A DNA stretch of 64,000 bases, from NCBI GenBank assembly GCA_900771805.1, contig CAAGPL010000067.1:4003-68002 (forward strand), in the 5' to 3' direction. Under the pieces are notes generated by a model. The model did not search any database. It had not been told where the DNA came from and was given only the letters and a program-made list of their open reading frames with translations. The translations under genes and the position numbers were made by a program. The DNA comes from Bacilli bacterium (GTDB lineage: Bacteria > Bacillota_I > Bacilli_A > RF39 > UBA660). Shown here piece after piece: positions 27,930 to 37,101 of the stretch; the first letter of the stretch is position 1; each line of letters opens with the position of its first letter.

Positions 27930-30269
27930 TTACTCAAAGAATTCATCAAAAAAATCTTCATCATCTTTTTCTTTATTATTCATTATTTTATCTTTTTCTT
28001 CTTTATTAGTATATGTATTATCCTTAATTAAATCAGGTTTTTCTTCTTCTTTATTTGTACTTAATGATTCTTTATTTTCTGTTATATCTTCATCATCTAA
28101 AGATAAATCCTCTAAATAATCATCCATTATATCATGTACTTTATTTTCTTGTGTTTTATTAAATGGATTAAGTTCTATTTTATTATCTTCCATCATGTTC
28201 TTTATAGTTGGTTTTTCTGATGCAACAGCCTCATTTTCTTTAGCTTCGTTATTAGCTTTTTCCTCAGCTTCTAGCTCTGCTATTCTTGCATCTATCTTCT
28301 TAATCATATCATCAATATTTAAATTTTCATCACTATTTGTATTCATAAAAGGATTAACTTGTTTATTTTGCATTTCAAATGGATTTGCATTATTTGTTGA
28401 TCCAAATGGATTGCTTATTGGAGCACCAAAAGGAGATGATTGTCCAAATGGAGATGGTCCAAATGGAGATGATTGTCCAAAAGGAGAAGATTCAGATGAA
28501 AACAATTCATTTCTTTTTTCTTCTTTTTTCTTTTTTACAAATTCTCTTATATCAAATAACTTAATTGGCTTTTGCTCATGTGTTGGTAACGTAGCCTTTG
28601 GAACTCTTTCGTTATTTTTACCATGACCAAAATCAGTATTCCAAAATGGTAAAAATTTAGTTCTAAGTGGTGGAAGACGATGTTTTAAAACAAGTACTTC
28701 ATCCTGTTTAAATCTTTGAAGTTCAGTAACAGTAATAAGTGGTCTCGTTTCTTCTTTTTGATCTTTTCCTACTTTTACAATCTTGTCACCACATAATTTA
28801 CTAATTTCTTCAAGTGCTGATAATTCACCTGTTAAAAGATATACTATATTACCACAGTTACCACGAATTGTCTCAGCATCTTCATTACCATAAACTTGTT
28901 TTAACTGTGCAAAGTTTTGAATAATCATAGTCATTCTTATTTGTCTTGAACGAGCCGCTGTAATCATAGTTGTAATATCTTTAAATTTAGGCATATTAGC
29001 AAATTCATCAAGTAAGAAATTTGTTCTAATAGGAAGCTTACCTCCATGTCTTTGTGCTACTGCAATTAATGATTCATAACATTGTTTTATAAATATAGTT
29101 GCAAGTGCATGATATGTTGTTTTTTCATCCTGTATAATCATAAATACAGCTGTTTTTCTTTCACCTATTGTTTCCATATCAAAATCACTACGTGATAACA
29201 TTTCAGCTAAATTTTGAGTAACAGCAAATACTTTTATTTTTTGTTTTAAAACAGATTCAATAGAATTTTTAGTATCTTGTGGTGCATTAACAGTTCCTAA
29301 AGCATTTATAGCAGCAGGACTTGCAGGGTCTTTAAATTTGAAATATTCTTTAGCATATGTTGAAGCTCCAATTTTTTCTTCACCAACAGTCATCATTAAA
29401 TTAACGGTTGATATACTTATTTCATCTTCTTTAGCATCTTCAAACATACCAAGAGAAAGACCTGTTAAATAGTCAGCAGCCGAATTAGTCCAGAAAGGAT
29501 CATCAGCCTTTTCATCTGTTGCTATATTAATAGCCATATCATTTAAAAGTTCATTAGCCTTATCTTGATTACCTTCTTTATAATATTTGTAAGGAAGTGT
29601 ATAAGGGTTCCAACAACTACCATTTTTAGGATCACGAAAATTAACTACTATTACATCATATCCTAAGTCTTTTAACATTTCACCATTTTTTTCAAATATT
29701 TCACCCTTAGGATCAGTAATAACCATTGATTCACCTTTTTTTGCTAAAAGATTTACTAATGGATTAATTATCATCTGGGTTTTACCAGATCCGGTTGCAC
29801 CAATAACTAAAGAATGGGCTTCACCATTATCAACATATACTAAATTCTTTTTCTTATCATAAACCAAAGGAAATCCGGCTGAAACTGATTCTTTTGCCAT
29901 TATTTCAACAGGTTCAACATCATTAAATTTTTTATACTCATCTTCCTTAGCAAATCTACCAAAACCGTTTTCTTTTTTACCTTCTTTAAATCCAAAACCT
30001 TTTTCTCTAGTATAAAAGTGTGATGAAACACTTGCTGTTAAAATTATAATTGCTAATATCCAAAAAATAATAGTATATCCCAAATATGGCGGAAAAAATC
30101 CTTTCACAAAATTAAAGGTCCAACCAATATTTTCTTGCGTTGAATTAATTCCGCTTGAAGTTATATGATAAAAATTAACAACCAACATAGAAACAACTAT
30201 TAAAAGTAACAAACAAGCCCATAAAAATGCAACTACATCTTTTTTTTCTGCCCTAAATTTAAGTTTCAT
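27930..30269 (-). CDS. Type IV coupling protein (VirD4/TraG/TcpA family) with an FG/NPF-repeat and acidic C-terminal tail
   Basis: There are two N-terminal TM helices. Walker A is VIGATGSGKTQ and Walker B is NFLLDEFANM. The tail has SSPFGQSSPFGPSPFGQSSPFG...NPFG..NPF..NPF and ends DDEDFFDEFFE. The RBS is AGGAGG. Confidence 0.85.
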   Translation of the reverse strand: MKLKFRAEKKDVVAFLWACLLLLIVVSMLVVNFYHITSSGINSTQENIGWTFNFVKGFFPPYLGYTIIFWILAIIILTASVSSHFYTREKGFGFKEGKKENGFGRFAKEDEYKKFNDVEPVEIMAKESVSAGFPLVYDKKKNLVYVDNGEAHSLVIGATGSGKTQMIINPLVNLLAKKGESMVITDPKGEIFEKNGEMLKDLGYDVIVVNFRDPKNGSCWNPYTLPYKYYKEGNQDKANELLNDMAINIATDEKADDPFWTNSAADYLTGLSLGMFEDAKEDEISISTVNLMMTVGEEKIGASTYAKEYFKFKDPASPAAINALGTVNAPQDTKNSIESVLKQKIKVFAVTQNLAEMLSRSDFDMETIGERKTAVFMIIQDEKTTYHALATIFIKQCYESLIAVAQRHGGKLPIRTNFLLDEFANMPKFKDITTMITAARSRQIRMTMIIQNFAQLKQVYGNEDAETIRGNCGNIVYLLTGELSALEEISKLCGDKIVKVGKDQKEETRPLITVTELQRFKQDEVLVLKHRLPPLRTKFLPFWNTDFGHGKNNERVPKATLPTHEQKPIKLFDIREFVKKKKEEKRNELFSSESSPFGQSSPFGPSPFGQSSPFGAPISNPFGSTNNANPFEMQNKQVNPFMNTNSDENLNIDDMIKKIDARIAELEAEEKANNEAKENEAVASEKPTIKNMMEDNKIELNPFNKTQENKVHDIMDDYLEDLSLDDEDITENKESLSTNKEEEKPDLIKDNTYTNKEEKDKIMNNKEKDDEDFFDEFFE

Positions 30270-30319
30270 AAATTATCCTCCTAACTTTAGATAATAACAA
30301 CTATTCATATAAAAACATT

Positions 30320-30346
30320 ATACCAAATATTTAAAATATTTGGTAT
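30320..30346. repeat. Perfect 12-bp stem hairpin ATACCAAATATT-taa-AATATTTGGTAT between the lipoprotein and coupling-protein genes
   Basis: Read directly from the sequence. On the minus strand it is followed by aatgTTTTT. Confidence 0.5.
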
Positions 30347-30354
30347 AATTTTTC

Positions 30355-31074
30355 TTAATATTCTAATCTATTGTTTTTATATTTTTTATATAATATCATT
30401 CCAGATATTGATATTATAAGAATTATAATAAATATTGTAAATATCTTTGTTCCGATATTAGTTGCTTTTTTATTATGTATTTTTAATTCTTCTTTTTGTT
30501 TTTCTTCTTTCATTCTATTTTTGCTAATTTTGAAATATACTTTTTTTGATATATCTGTACTTTGATCAAAAATCCATGTATATGTACTTTTACTAACATT
30601 ATCAGCATTATTTTCTACTAAACCACCTGGCACTGTAATATTTAAATTTACTTTTGTCACATCAAATTTTTTTTCACTCAATGGCTTTGAAATAAGATTA
30701 TCATTAACACTTTCAACAGTATAATATTCTTCATCTTCTATACATTCAATATTTTTATATAAATATTGAGAAAACAAACTATATTTTATAGTTTCACATA
30801 TATTATTTTCTTCCTTATAAAAAGTAACATCTGTATCATTCTTATTTTCAGAAATTTGATAAGAATACTTTTTATATCTTATTGCATTATCATAATAATC
30901 TATGAATGATTTTGCATACTCTGTTGGAGTATTATAATTAACCGCTTTTTTATTTTCAAAATTTATAACTATTTCCTCTTTTATATTACCATTATAGTCA
31001 ATATTAATATTTGCATTTGCTGTACAACCTGTTAAAATTAGTAAAATAATAAAAATACTTATCTTTTTTTTCAT
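30355..31074 (-). CDS. T4SS-associated lipoprotein with a C-terminal TM anchor
   Basis: The lipobox is ILLILTGC and the C-terminal helix is IFTIFIIILIISISGMILY. The RBS is AGGGAG. Confidence 0.55.
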   Translation of the reverse strand: MKKKISIFIILLILTGCTANANINIDYNGNIKEEIVINFENKKAVNYNTPTEYAKSFIDYYDNAIRYKKYSYQISENKNDTDVTFYKEENNICETIKYSLFSQYLYKNIECIEDEEYYTVESVNDNLISKPLSEKKFDVTKVNLNITVPGGLVENNADNVSKSTYTWIFDQSTDISKKVYFKISKNRMKEEKQKEELKIHNKKATNIGTKIFTIFIIILIISISGMILYKKYKNNRLEY

Positions 31075-31084
31075 ATAAATCTCC

Positions 31085-34000
31085 CTAATTTTCTAAAAAA
31101 TATAAATAACCCTTATATGTATATTGTGAGCCACCATTAAAATACTTTTTAAATTCATCAAAACTATTAAATTCTTTATAAGTAAATCTTACACAACTTA
31201 AATCATTTTTTGAACAATTACCTCTAGCATATCCATCTGTATAAATTATTTTTTGTTTATCTTCACTTACATATTCAATTAATCCAACATGGCCATGTTT
31301 TGGAGATGAAGTTGAATCCAATCCAATAAATGTTCCTGATTTTATATCATCTATACTTAAACTACCAACAAATCCTTTAGAAGCAGTACCATTAGGATAA
31401 AAATCTTTTCCATCCCCATATTGATTTATTACTCTATTTTTATATGTTTTGCATTTATTTTCTGGTAAACTACCATTATCACATAATTCTTTTAATATTT
31501 CCATAGCTCTATTTCTAACATACCAAACGCATTGTCCTACATTTCTTTCATCTCTAACCCAAAGCATGTTATTTCCCTTCCAATCATCTTTTGGATTTGT
31601 TTTACGAATAGTAAAATTATATACTTCTTCTTTAAACTCATTTAATCTTAAAAATCCGGTAAATTTATCAGATGGTTCTATAACTACATTTCCAGTTATA
31701 GAATCTTCGTAAATCCATTTATTATCACCTGCATAAATTGCAAATACAGTTTTATCAGATGAATATCCAATATCACCTAATAATAAATTTTCCTGAGTTA
31801 TTTCATATGAATTATTTACTATATTTTGAAAATCATTTGTATTTTCAAAATTATTATTAATAGTTGACCAATATACCCAATTAATAAATCCTATATTTCC
31901 TAAACCTGTTTTTATCTCATTTCCTAAAGAATCATTTGTTATACCAAAATTATTTTCTTCATAGCCTGGGCTTTTTGCAAGTGAACTATCAACAAATGGA
32001 ATTTTATTTGCATAAGAGCTTGCAAAAGAAACAATCTTATTTCTTGTTGAAGTTAAGTTAGTAGTATTATTTGAGCATATTGTATTACTTACAGTTTTTA
32101 TAGTAGCATCATTTCCAGAAACAGTTGCAATACTATATAATGTATAAAATGAACTTAAAATTTCGCTATAATTTTTTCCAGTCATAGCTTCCATCGAATC
32201 TTGTCTCATACAACTTCCTATTTTACAAGATGAACCTGCATAATATGCTGTTTTAGCTACATTACCATTTGAATCTAACATATAAATATCTTTTGTTTCT
32301 TCCCAAGCCTGGTTATATAGTGCTTTTTGTGTTTCACTTGCCGCTGGTCTATTAGCACCATGAAATAATTTGTTGTTACCATTATTATTATATCCATAAT
32401 GATTTTGTATATTTGAATCATTACAACCTTTTTCAACATGACAAAAATCTTGATCCGCAGTTGACCATAACATAGAAATTACATATGCTCCTGTTGAGTC
32501 ATCTTTCATGGCTTTACGTCTAGATAAAGCAAAACTTTTTACAGCTACCATTTGAGCCTCTATAATTCCTAAATCAGTTACACCAGAGATTTCTTCATAA
32601 ACAACACCTTTAACATACTCTTCTAATGATAAATATGAATCATAATAACTCTCAGAGCATTGTGACATATTACTACATCCGGGTTTTTTCAAATCTATAA
32701 CAACACCAGTTGTTATCAAATCAGGAGTACTAACACTTCCGGCATCTACTAAAGTTGAAGAACAAGTTGCATTTTCAAAAACATAATCAATAAATAACTT
32801 TTTTTTTGATTTTAAATCCTCTATTATTGCAGTTTTTAAACCATCCTTATCACTAGAATTATCTATCATGCTTTTATATGCTTTATCATTACTAAAATAT
32901 TCATTTTTTAAATATTCATAATAAGCATTTTCATCGCCTTTGTTAAGTTCCTTCAATAATTTTTTTAATTTGTTTCTATAACTATATTTTCTAAATAATT
33001 CTAAATAAAAATCATTAGAACTTGTGTTATCTTCCTCTTCTTCTACAGAATCTTTATCATCTGTATCTTCTTCATCTATCAATTTATCATCAACTTCATC
33101 AGAATAATCTTTTGAAATTTTAAGTGATACATCACTACTCCATAAATTATTATAATAAGGATAGATAACTGTAATCATTGCAAGTGTTCCATCAGCAGTA
33201 GGATATTTTTCAAAAAGTTTTCTTATTTTTGATAACGTTTTTGCATCTGTTTTAGAATAATTAGACAAGTTATCATTTACATTACCCTTTTTACCAGGAA
33301 CAGCCGATGCAATTATAAAAGCTAATGTTGCTGCTATTATTAGCACTAACAAAACAGGCCAAATTGCTGCTATAATACCAGCAATAGTCTTAATGGCATT
33401 AGCTATCTTTTTTATAGTTTTAACAGTTTTTTCTCCTGCTTTTTTAGCATTTTGTACTGCTTTTTTTCCTTTTTCTACAGCATTCTTTCCTTTATTAATT
33501 GCCTGTCCTGCCCTACTATTATTAAATCTATTTTTGGCACCATTTTTAATACCATTTTTAATACCATTTTTAGCTCTATCCATCATTTCTTTTGGATTTT
33601 TTGGTCTATTATTCCATTTGTTTTTTAAATCATCTCTTTTTTTATCTAAAGCTGATTTAGGAGATTTTGAATTTTTATTATCATCTTTTTTTTGTGGCTT
33701 ATTATCATTTGGCTTTTCAGATTTATTTTGATTATCTTTATTTGGCGTATTTTCTGATTTATCCTTTTTATTATTATTTTCATCAGGTGTATTTTCATTT
33801 TTTTCTTTATTTTCATTTGAATTTTCTAGTGCATTATCTTTATTCGAATTATCTTCCTTATTATTAGTTTCATCTGTATTCTCACTATTAGAATCAGTAT
33901 TTTCATTATTTTGAGATTCCCCACTATTGTTACTAGATTCATTATCTTCATTTAAATTAGAACCAGCATTATCTTTATTGCCTTCAGAATCAGAATCACC

Positions 34001-34372
34001 TTCTTTTGATGTATCAGACGATTCATTTTCTTCTGGGGTATTATCTTGCTGTTCATTTGAGTCTTCTAAAGAATCCTCATTTTCATCGGCATCTAAATTT
34101 TCATTATCATCATCTATTTCTGAATCATTTTCAGTATCATCAGAAATATCATCCATATCATTATTAACATCAGAATCATTATCAGATACATCTTCTATAT
34201 CATCATTATTTTCTTTTACACCTAAACTGTCATCAACATTTTTATTTTCTCCACTATCAGGTGAAGCCTTTAATTCTCCTTTTATTTCCCCTTCTATTTC
34301 TACTATAACATCATCGAAATTAAAATCATTATTAGAATTATTTACAGTTTTATTTTTATCTTTATTATTCAT
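31085..34372 (-). CDS. Bifunctional peptidoglycan hydrolase (SpoIID-like lytic transglycosylase + CHAP peptidase) with a roughly 330-aa disordered N-terminal region; VirB1/CwlT/TcpG analogue
   Basis: The SpoIID-like segment is LSLEEYVKGVVYEEISG...IIEAQMVAVKSFALSRR...STADQDFC. CHAP is supported by VGQCVWYVRNRA and KHGHVGLIEYV. There is a single TM helix, IAGIIAAIWPVLLVLIIAATLAFIIASAV. The N-terminus is D/E/N/S-rich, then K-rich. The start was set at the MNNKDK ATG behind GGATGGTG. Confidence 0.75.
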   Translation of the reverse strand: MNNKDKNKTVNNSNNDFNFDDVIVEIEGEIKGELKASPDSGENKNVDDSLGVKENNDDIEDVSDNDSDVNNDMDDISDDTENDSEIDDDNENLDADENEDSLEDSNEQQDNTPEENESSDTSKEGDSDSEGNKDNAGSNLNEDNESSNNSGESQNNENTDSNSENTDETNNKEDNSNKDNALENSNENKEKNENTPDENNNKKDKSENTPNKDNQNKSEKPNDNKPQKKDDNKNSKSPKSALDKKRDDLKNKWNNRPKNPKEMMDRAKNGIKNGIKNGAKNRFNNSRAGQAINKGKNAVEKGKKAVQNAKKAGEKTVKTIKKIANAIKTIAGIIAAIWPVLLVLIIAATLAFIIASAVPGKKGNVNDNLSNYSKTDAKTLSKIRKLFEKYPTADGTLAMITVIYPYYNNLWSSDVSLKISKDYSDEVDDKLIDEEDTDDKDSVEEEEDNTSSNDFYLELFRKYSYRNKLKKLLKELNKGDENAYYEYLKNEYFSNDKAYKSMIDNSSDKDGLKTAIIEDLKSKKKLFIDYVFENATCSSTLVDAGSVSTPDLITTGVVIDLKKPGCSNMSQCSESYYDSYLSLEEYVKGVVYEEISGVTDLGIIEAQMVAVKSFALSRRKAMKDDSTGAYVISMLWSTADQDFCHVEKGCNDSNIQNHYGYNNNGNNKLFHGANRPAASETQKALYNQAWEETKDIYMLDSNGNVAKTAYYAGSSCKIGSCMRQDSMEAMTGKNYSEILSSFYTLYSIATVSGNDATIKTVSNTICSNNTTNLTSTRNKIVSFASSYANKIPFVDSSLAKSPGYEENNFGITNDSLGNEIKTGLGNIGFINWVYWSTINNNFENTNDFQNIVNNSYEITQENLLLGDIGYSSDKTVFAIYAGDNKWIYEDSITGNVVIEPSDKFTGFLRLNEFKEEVYNFTIRKTNPKDDWKGNNMLWVRDERNVGQCVWYVRNRAMEILKELCDNGSLPENKCKTYKNRVINQYGDGKDFYPNGTASKGFVGSLSIDDIKSGTFIGLDSTSSPKHGHVGLIEYVSEDKQKIIYTDGYARGNCSKNDLSCVRFTYKEFNSFDEFKKYFNGGSQYTYKGYLYFLEN

Positions 34373-34444
34373 AAATACACCATCCATACTAATATAGAAT
34401 AATTATAGCATAATAGCTTATAAAAAAAAAGATGCATAAGCATC

Positions 34445-36241
34445 TTATAAACCTCCACCAGAACCAAATGAATCTAATTCTGCTTCTGTTACATTAATAT
34501 CAATTCTCATTCTTCTACTACCACAAACAAGTAGTGCTTCACCTTGATTATATCTTTTAATACTTTCTTTTTCTTGTTCATTAAGGTCTATTAACATTGC
34601 TAAATCTTCAGCTCCCTGCTTTTTAAGACCCATTATCAAATAATAAGAAGCATTATCAAATATAGCCTTTCCTTGAGTTAAAACTGCTTGATCAGCAAAA
34701 TCAGATGGTTGTTGTGTAATAAGTAATGTACCACTATTATACTTTCTAGCACGTCTTTGTATTTGTGCTAAAAAGTCAGCTCCTATTGTATTATTACCAG
34801 ATAATAATATATGTGCTTCATCTACCATCATTACTGTATTAATAGATCTATCTAAACAGTGACTCCATGCATATTTTAATATATTAAAGAAAAGTGCATT
34901 TCTTATATTTTCATCTGCATTCATTAAGTCTCTTATATTAAACACTATAAACTTAGTTTGAGGATGAATAGTTGTATGACCATCAAAATAGAATTTTAAT
35001 TCTTTAACAAGAGGTCTTATTTTTAATTCTAATCTTTCTAATATATCTCTTTCATGAGTTAATTGATCTCCATAAGCTTCTAATCTTCTTACTAATGTTT
35101 CATATAAATCAGAAAATGTTGGATATTGTTCTGATGTTAAATTAGAAAAATCACTTTGAAATGATATTCCAAAACGTTGATATGTCATTTGAGCAATTTC
35201 ACTAAACATAGTTAAAACGTCTTCTGTAATTGTTGGATCATAATACTTCATAAACGCTTTTAAAAATTGTAATGTTTTAGTAAGAACTGTATATCCTAAT
35301 CCATTTTTCAAATCTTCTTCATCAGCTTCTAATATTACTTCAAGTGGATTAATCATACCAAATTCTCCACCTTTGCCTAAATCTATGAAATCTCCTTGCA
35401 TACGAGATGCCATTTCTTCAAGTTCTCCTTCTGGATCAATAACAACTGTTTTATACCCATTTCTTATATAAGTTCTTAATAATAATTTAGCTGCTGTTGA
35501 TTTACCACTACCTGTTGTACCTAGTATAATCATATTAGCATTATTACGATTAAATTCTTTTCTTATTTGATATAAAAATTGGTTAAATAATATAACTCCT
35601 CCAGAAAAATCAGTTCCCAAAAGACATGATGGTCCTGGATCTTTTAAACTATCAAAAATAAACGGATACATAGCTGCTATTGTAGGAGATGTAATTGGTG
35701 TTCCAATTTGCTCTTCTATATCTTGTTTAGGAAATATAGGTAAAATTGATTTAAGTACCTTTCTTTGTTCAAATCTTAAAGGTATTGCTCTTAAATCCAT
35801 TGCTGATAAATAATTTTTTATTTGTAATTTCTTTTGTTCTAATTGTTCTTTAGAATCAGCTGTTATAACAATATGCATTTGAAAATCAAAAATTTTAGAC
35901 TGATTAGTTGTAATCATTTGAATAAAATCATTTAAAGAATCATAATCCTGTCTTAATTGTTCTTGTGCAGTTTTATCATTTTCTTTTTCATAAGCTGCTT
36001 TTAATTCTGCTAACTGCTTATTAAGCATTTTCGACATAACAGAAAATGGTAATGGAATATGCTTAATAACTACTTTAACGCCTGAATTATTTGTTATATC
36101 AGATAAAAAACCAGGACTTATCCATTTAGGATATGAAATAACGGTTAAAATTGTACACCATTTATCACTTATTATAAACTCAGATGGTTTAAATTCTAAC
36201 CCTTTAGGTGCAAGTTCTTTTTTTATATTAATATTTGCCAT
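34445..36241 (-). CDS. VirB4-family T4SS ATPase, C-terminal (ATPase) part
   Basis: Walker A is LGTTGSGKST and Walker B is VMMVDEAH. Length is 598 aa. Its ATG overlaps the stop codon of the upstream ORF (ATAATG). Confidence 0.85.
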   Translation of the reverse strand: MANINIKKELAPKGLEFKPSEFIISDKWCTILTVISYPKWISPGFLSDITNNSGVKVVIKHIPLPFSVMSKMLNKQLAELKAAYEKENDKTAQEQLRQDYDSLNDFIQMITTNQSKIFDFQMHIVITADSKEQLEQKKLQIKNYLSAMDLRAIPLRFEQRKVLKSILPIFPKQDIEEQIGTPITSPTIAAMYPFIFDSLKDPGPSCLLGTDFSGGVILFNQFLYQIRKEFNRNNANMIILGTTGSGKSTAAKLLLRTYIRNGYKTVVIDPEGELEEMASRMQGDFIDLGKGGEFGMINPLEVILEADEEDLKNGLGYTVLTKTLQFLKAFMKYYDPTITEDVLTMFSEIAQMTYQRFGISFQSDFSNLTSEQYPTFSDLYETLVRRLEAYGDQLTHERDILERLELKIRPLVKELKFYFDGHTTIHPQTKFIVFNIRDLMNADENIRNALFFNILKYAWSHCLDRSINTVMMVDEAHILLSGNNTIGADFLAQIQRRARKYNSGTLLITQQPSDFADQAVLTQGKAIFDNASYYLIMGLKKQGAEDLAMLIDLNEQEKESIKRYNQGEALLVCGSRRMRIDINVTEAELDSFGSGGGL

Positions 36242-36786
36242 TATGCCAACACCGTCCCAAATTCAGTTTTTTCTCCGCCATTTAAGAAATTATCTAATAT
36301 ACTTCTTAAATCATCATTATTAGCTTGGCTAGATGCAAGCCCTGCATTAGCTAAACCATTTATCATAAGCCTTATTTTCTTTTGTATCATATCAACATTC
36401 TTATCTTTAAATAGGAAATAGAACTCAACATCAGAAACATTATCATTAAAATCCTCAGCCTTACTTAAATCTTGATTAATAAGCTTTCTTATAACTGGAT
36501 TTTGAGCACTGTTATACATCATTTGAAGTTCAGCTATATATACTGATATATCAACTGGTCTATCTGCTATAACAAGCCAAAATTCAAAATCAAGGGTGTT
36601 ATAAAAGTCCTTTAATCCATCTATAACACCAAATTGTTCATTTTCCTCCATAATAAATATGTTTTTAGGTGCAACCTTAACACCTGCAACCTTAAACCCA
36701 CTATCAAGTTCTATCATATTATTAATAATAGCCTTAACAGGAACAAAACTTTCAGTAGTAGAACTATTTGTACTCATCTTTAGCAC
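36241..36786 (-). CDS. VirB4 N-terminal-domain-like protein (separate ORF)
   Basis: FVPVKAIINNMIELDSGFKVAGVKVAPKNIF...EFWLVIADRPVDISVYI resembles the N-terminal domain of Gram-positive VirB4/TrsE/PrgJ proteins. Together, 181 + 598 aa roughly equals a normal full-length VirB4. The start is either GTG 36786 or ATG 36777. Confidence 0.55.
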   Translation of the reverse strand: MLKMSTNSSTTESFVPVKAIINNMIELDSGFKVAGVKVAPKNIFIMEENEQFGVIDGLKDFYNTLDFEFWLVIADRPVDISVYIAELQMMYNSAQNPVIRKLINQDLSKAEDFNDNVSDVEFYFLFKDKNVDMIQKKIRLMINGLANAGLASSQANNDDLRSILDNFLNGGEKTEFGTVLA

Positions 36787-37081
36787 ACCATCCTTTCCAA
36801 ATTAATTGATTTTTATCTTTAAAGTAAAAATTACGTACATTTCCTAAAATGCATAAAACATTATGATAATTAGGTATTGGTAAAACTAAAAATGCACAAG
36901 TAAGAAATGGTAATAAAACTAATACCCCTATATATATATTACTTGGTTGAAATATAGCAAACATTAAAAATGTAATAAATGTTCCTATCCCAAGTATTAT
37001 TAAATCAATAGGTCTAAAAATATTAAATATCAATTGCCCTCTTTTAGAATTAGCTGCTATTAAATATTGTCCATTATTCAT
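36764..37081 (-). CDS. PrgI/VirB3-like small two-TM T4SS protein
   Basis: The 105-aa protein has two adjacent TM helices and sits immediately upstream of VirB4, the usual position of VirB3 analogues. Confidence 0.55.
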   Translation of the reverse strand: MNNGQYLIAANSKRGQLIFNIFRPIDLIILGIGTFITFLMFAIFQPSNIYIGVLVLLPFLTCAFLVLPIPNYHNVLCILGNVRNFYFKDKNQLIWKGWCAKDEYK

Positions 37082-37101
37082 AAATTATTTTCCCCTTTTT
37101 A

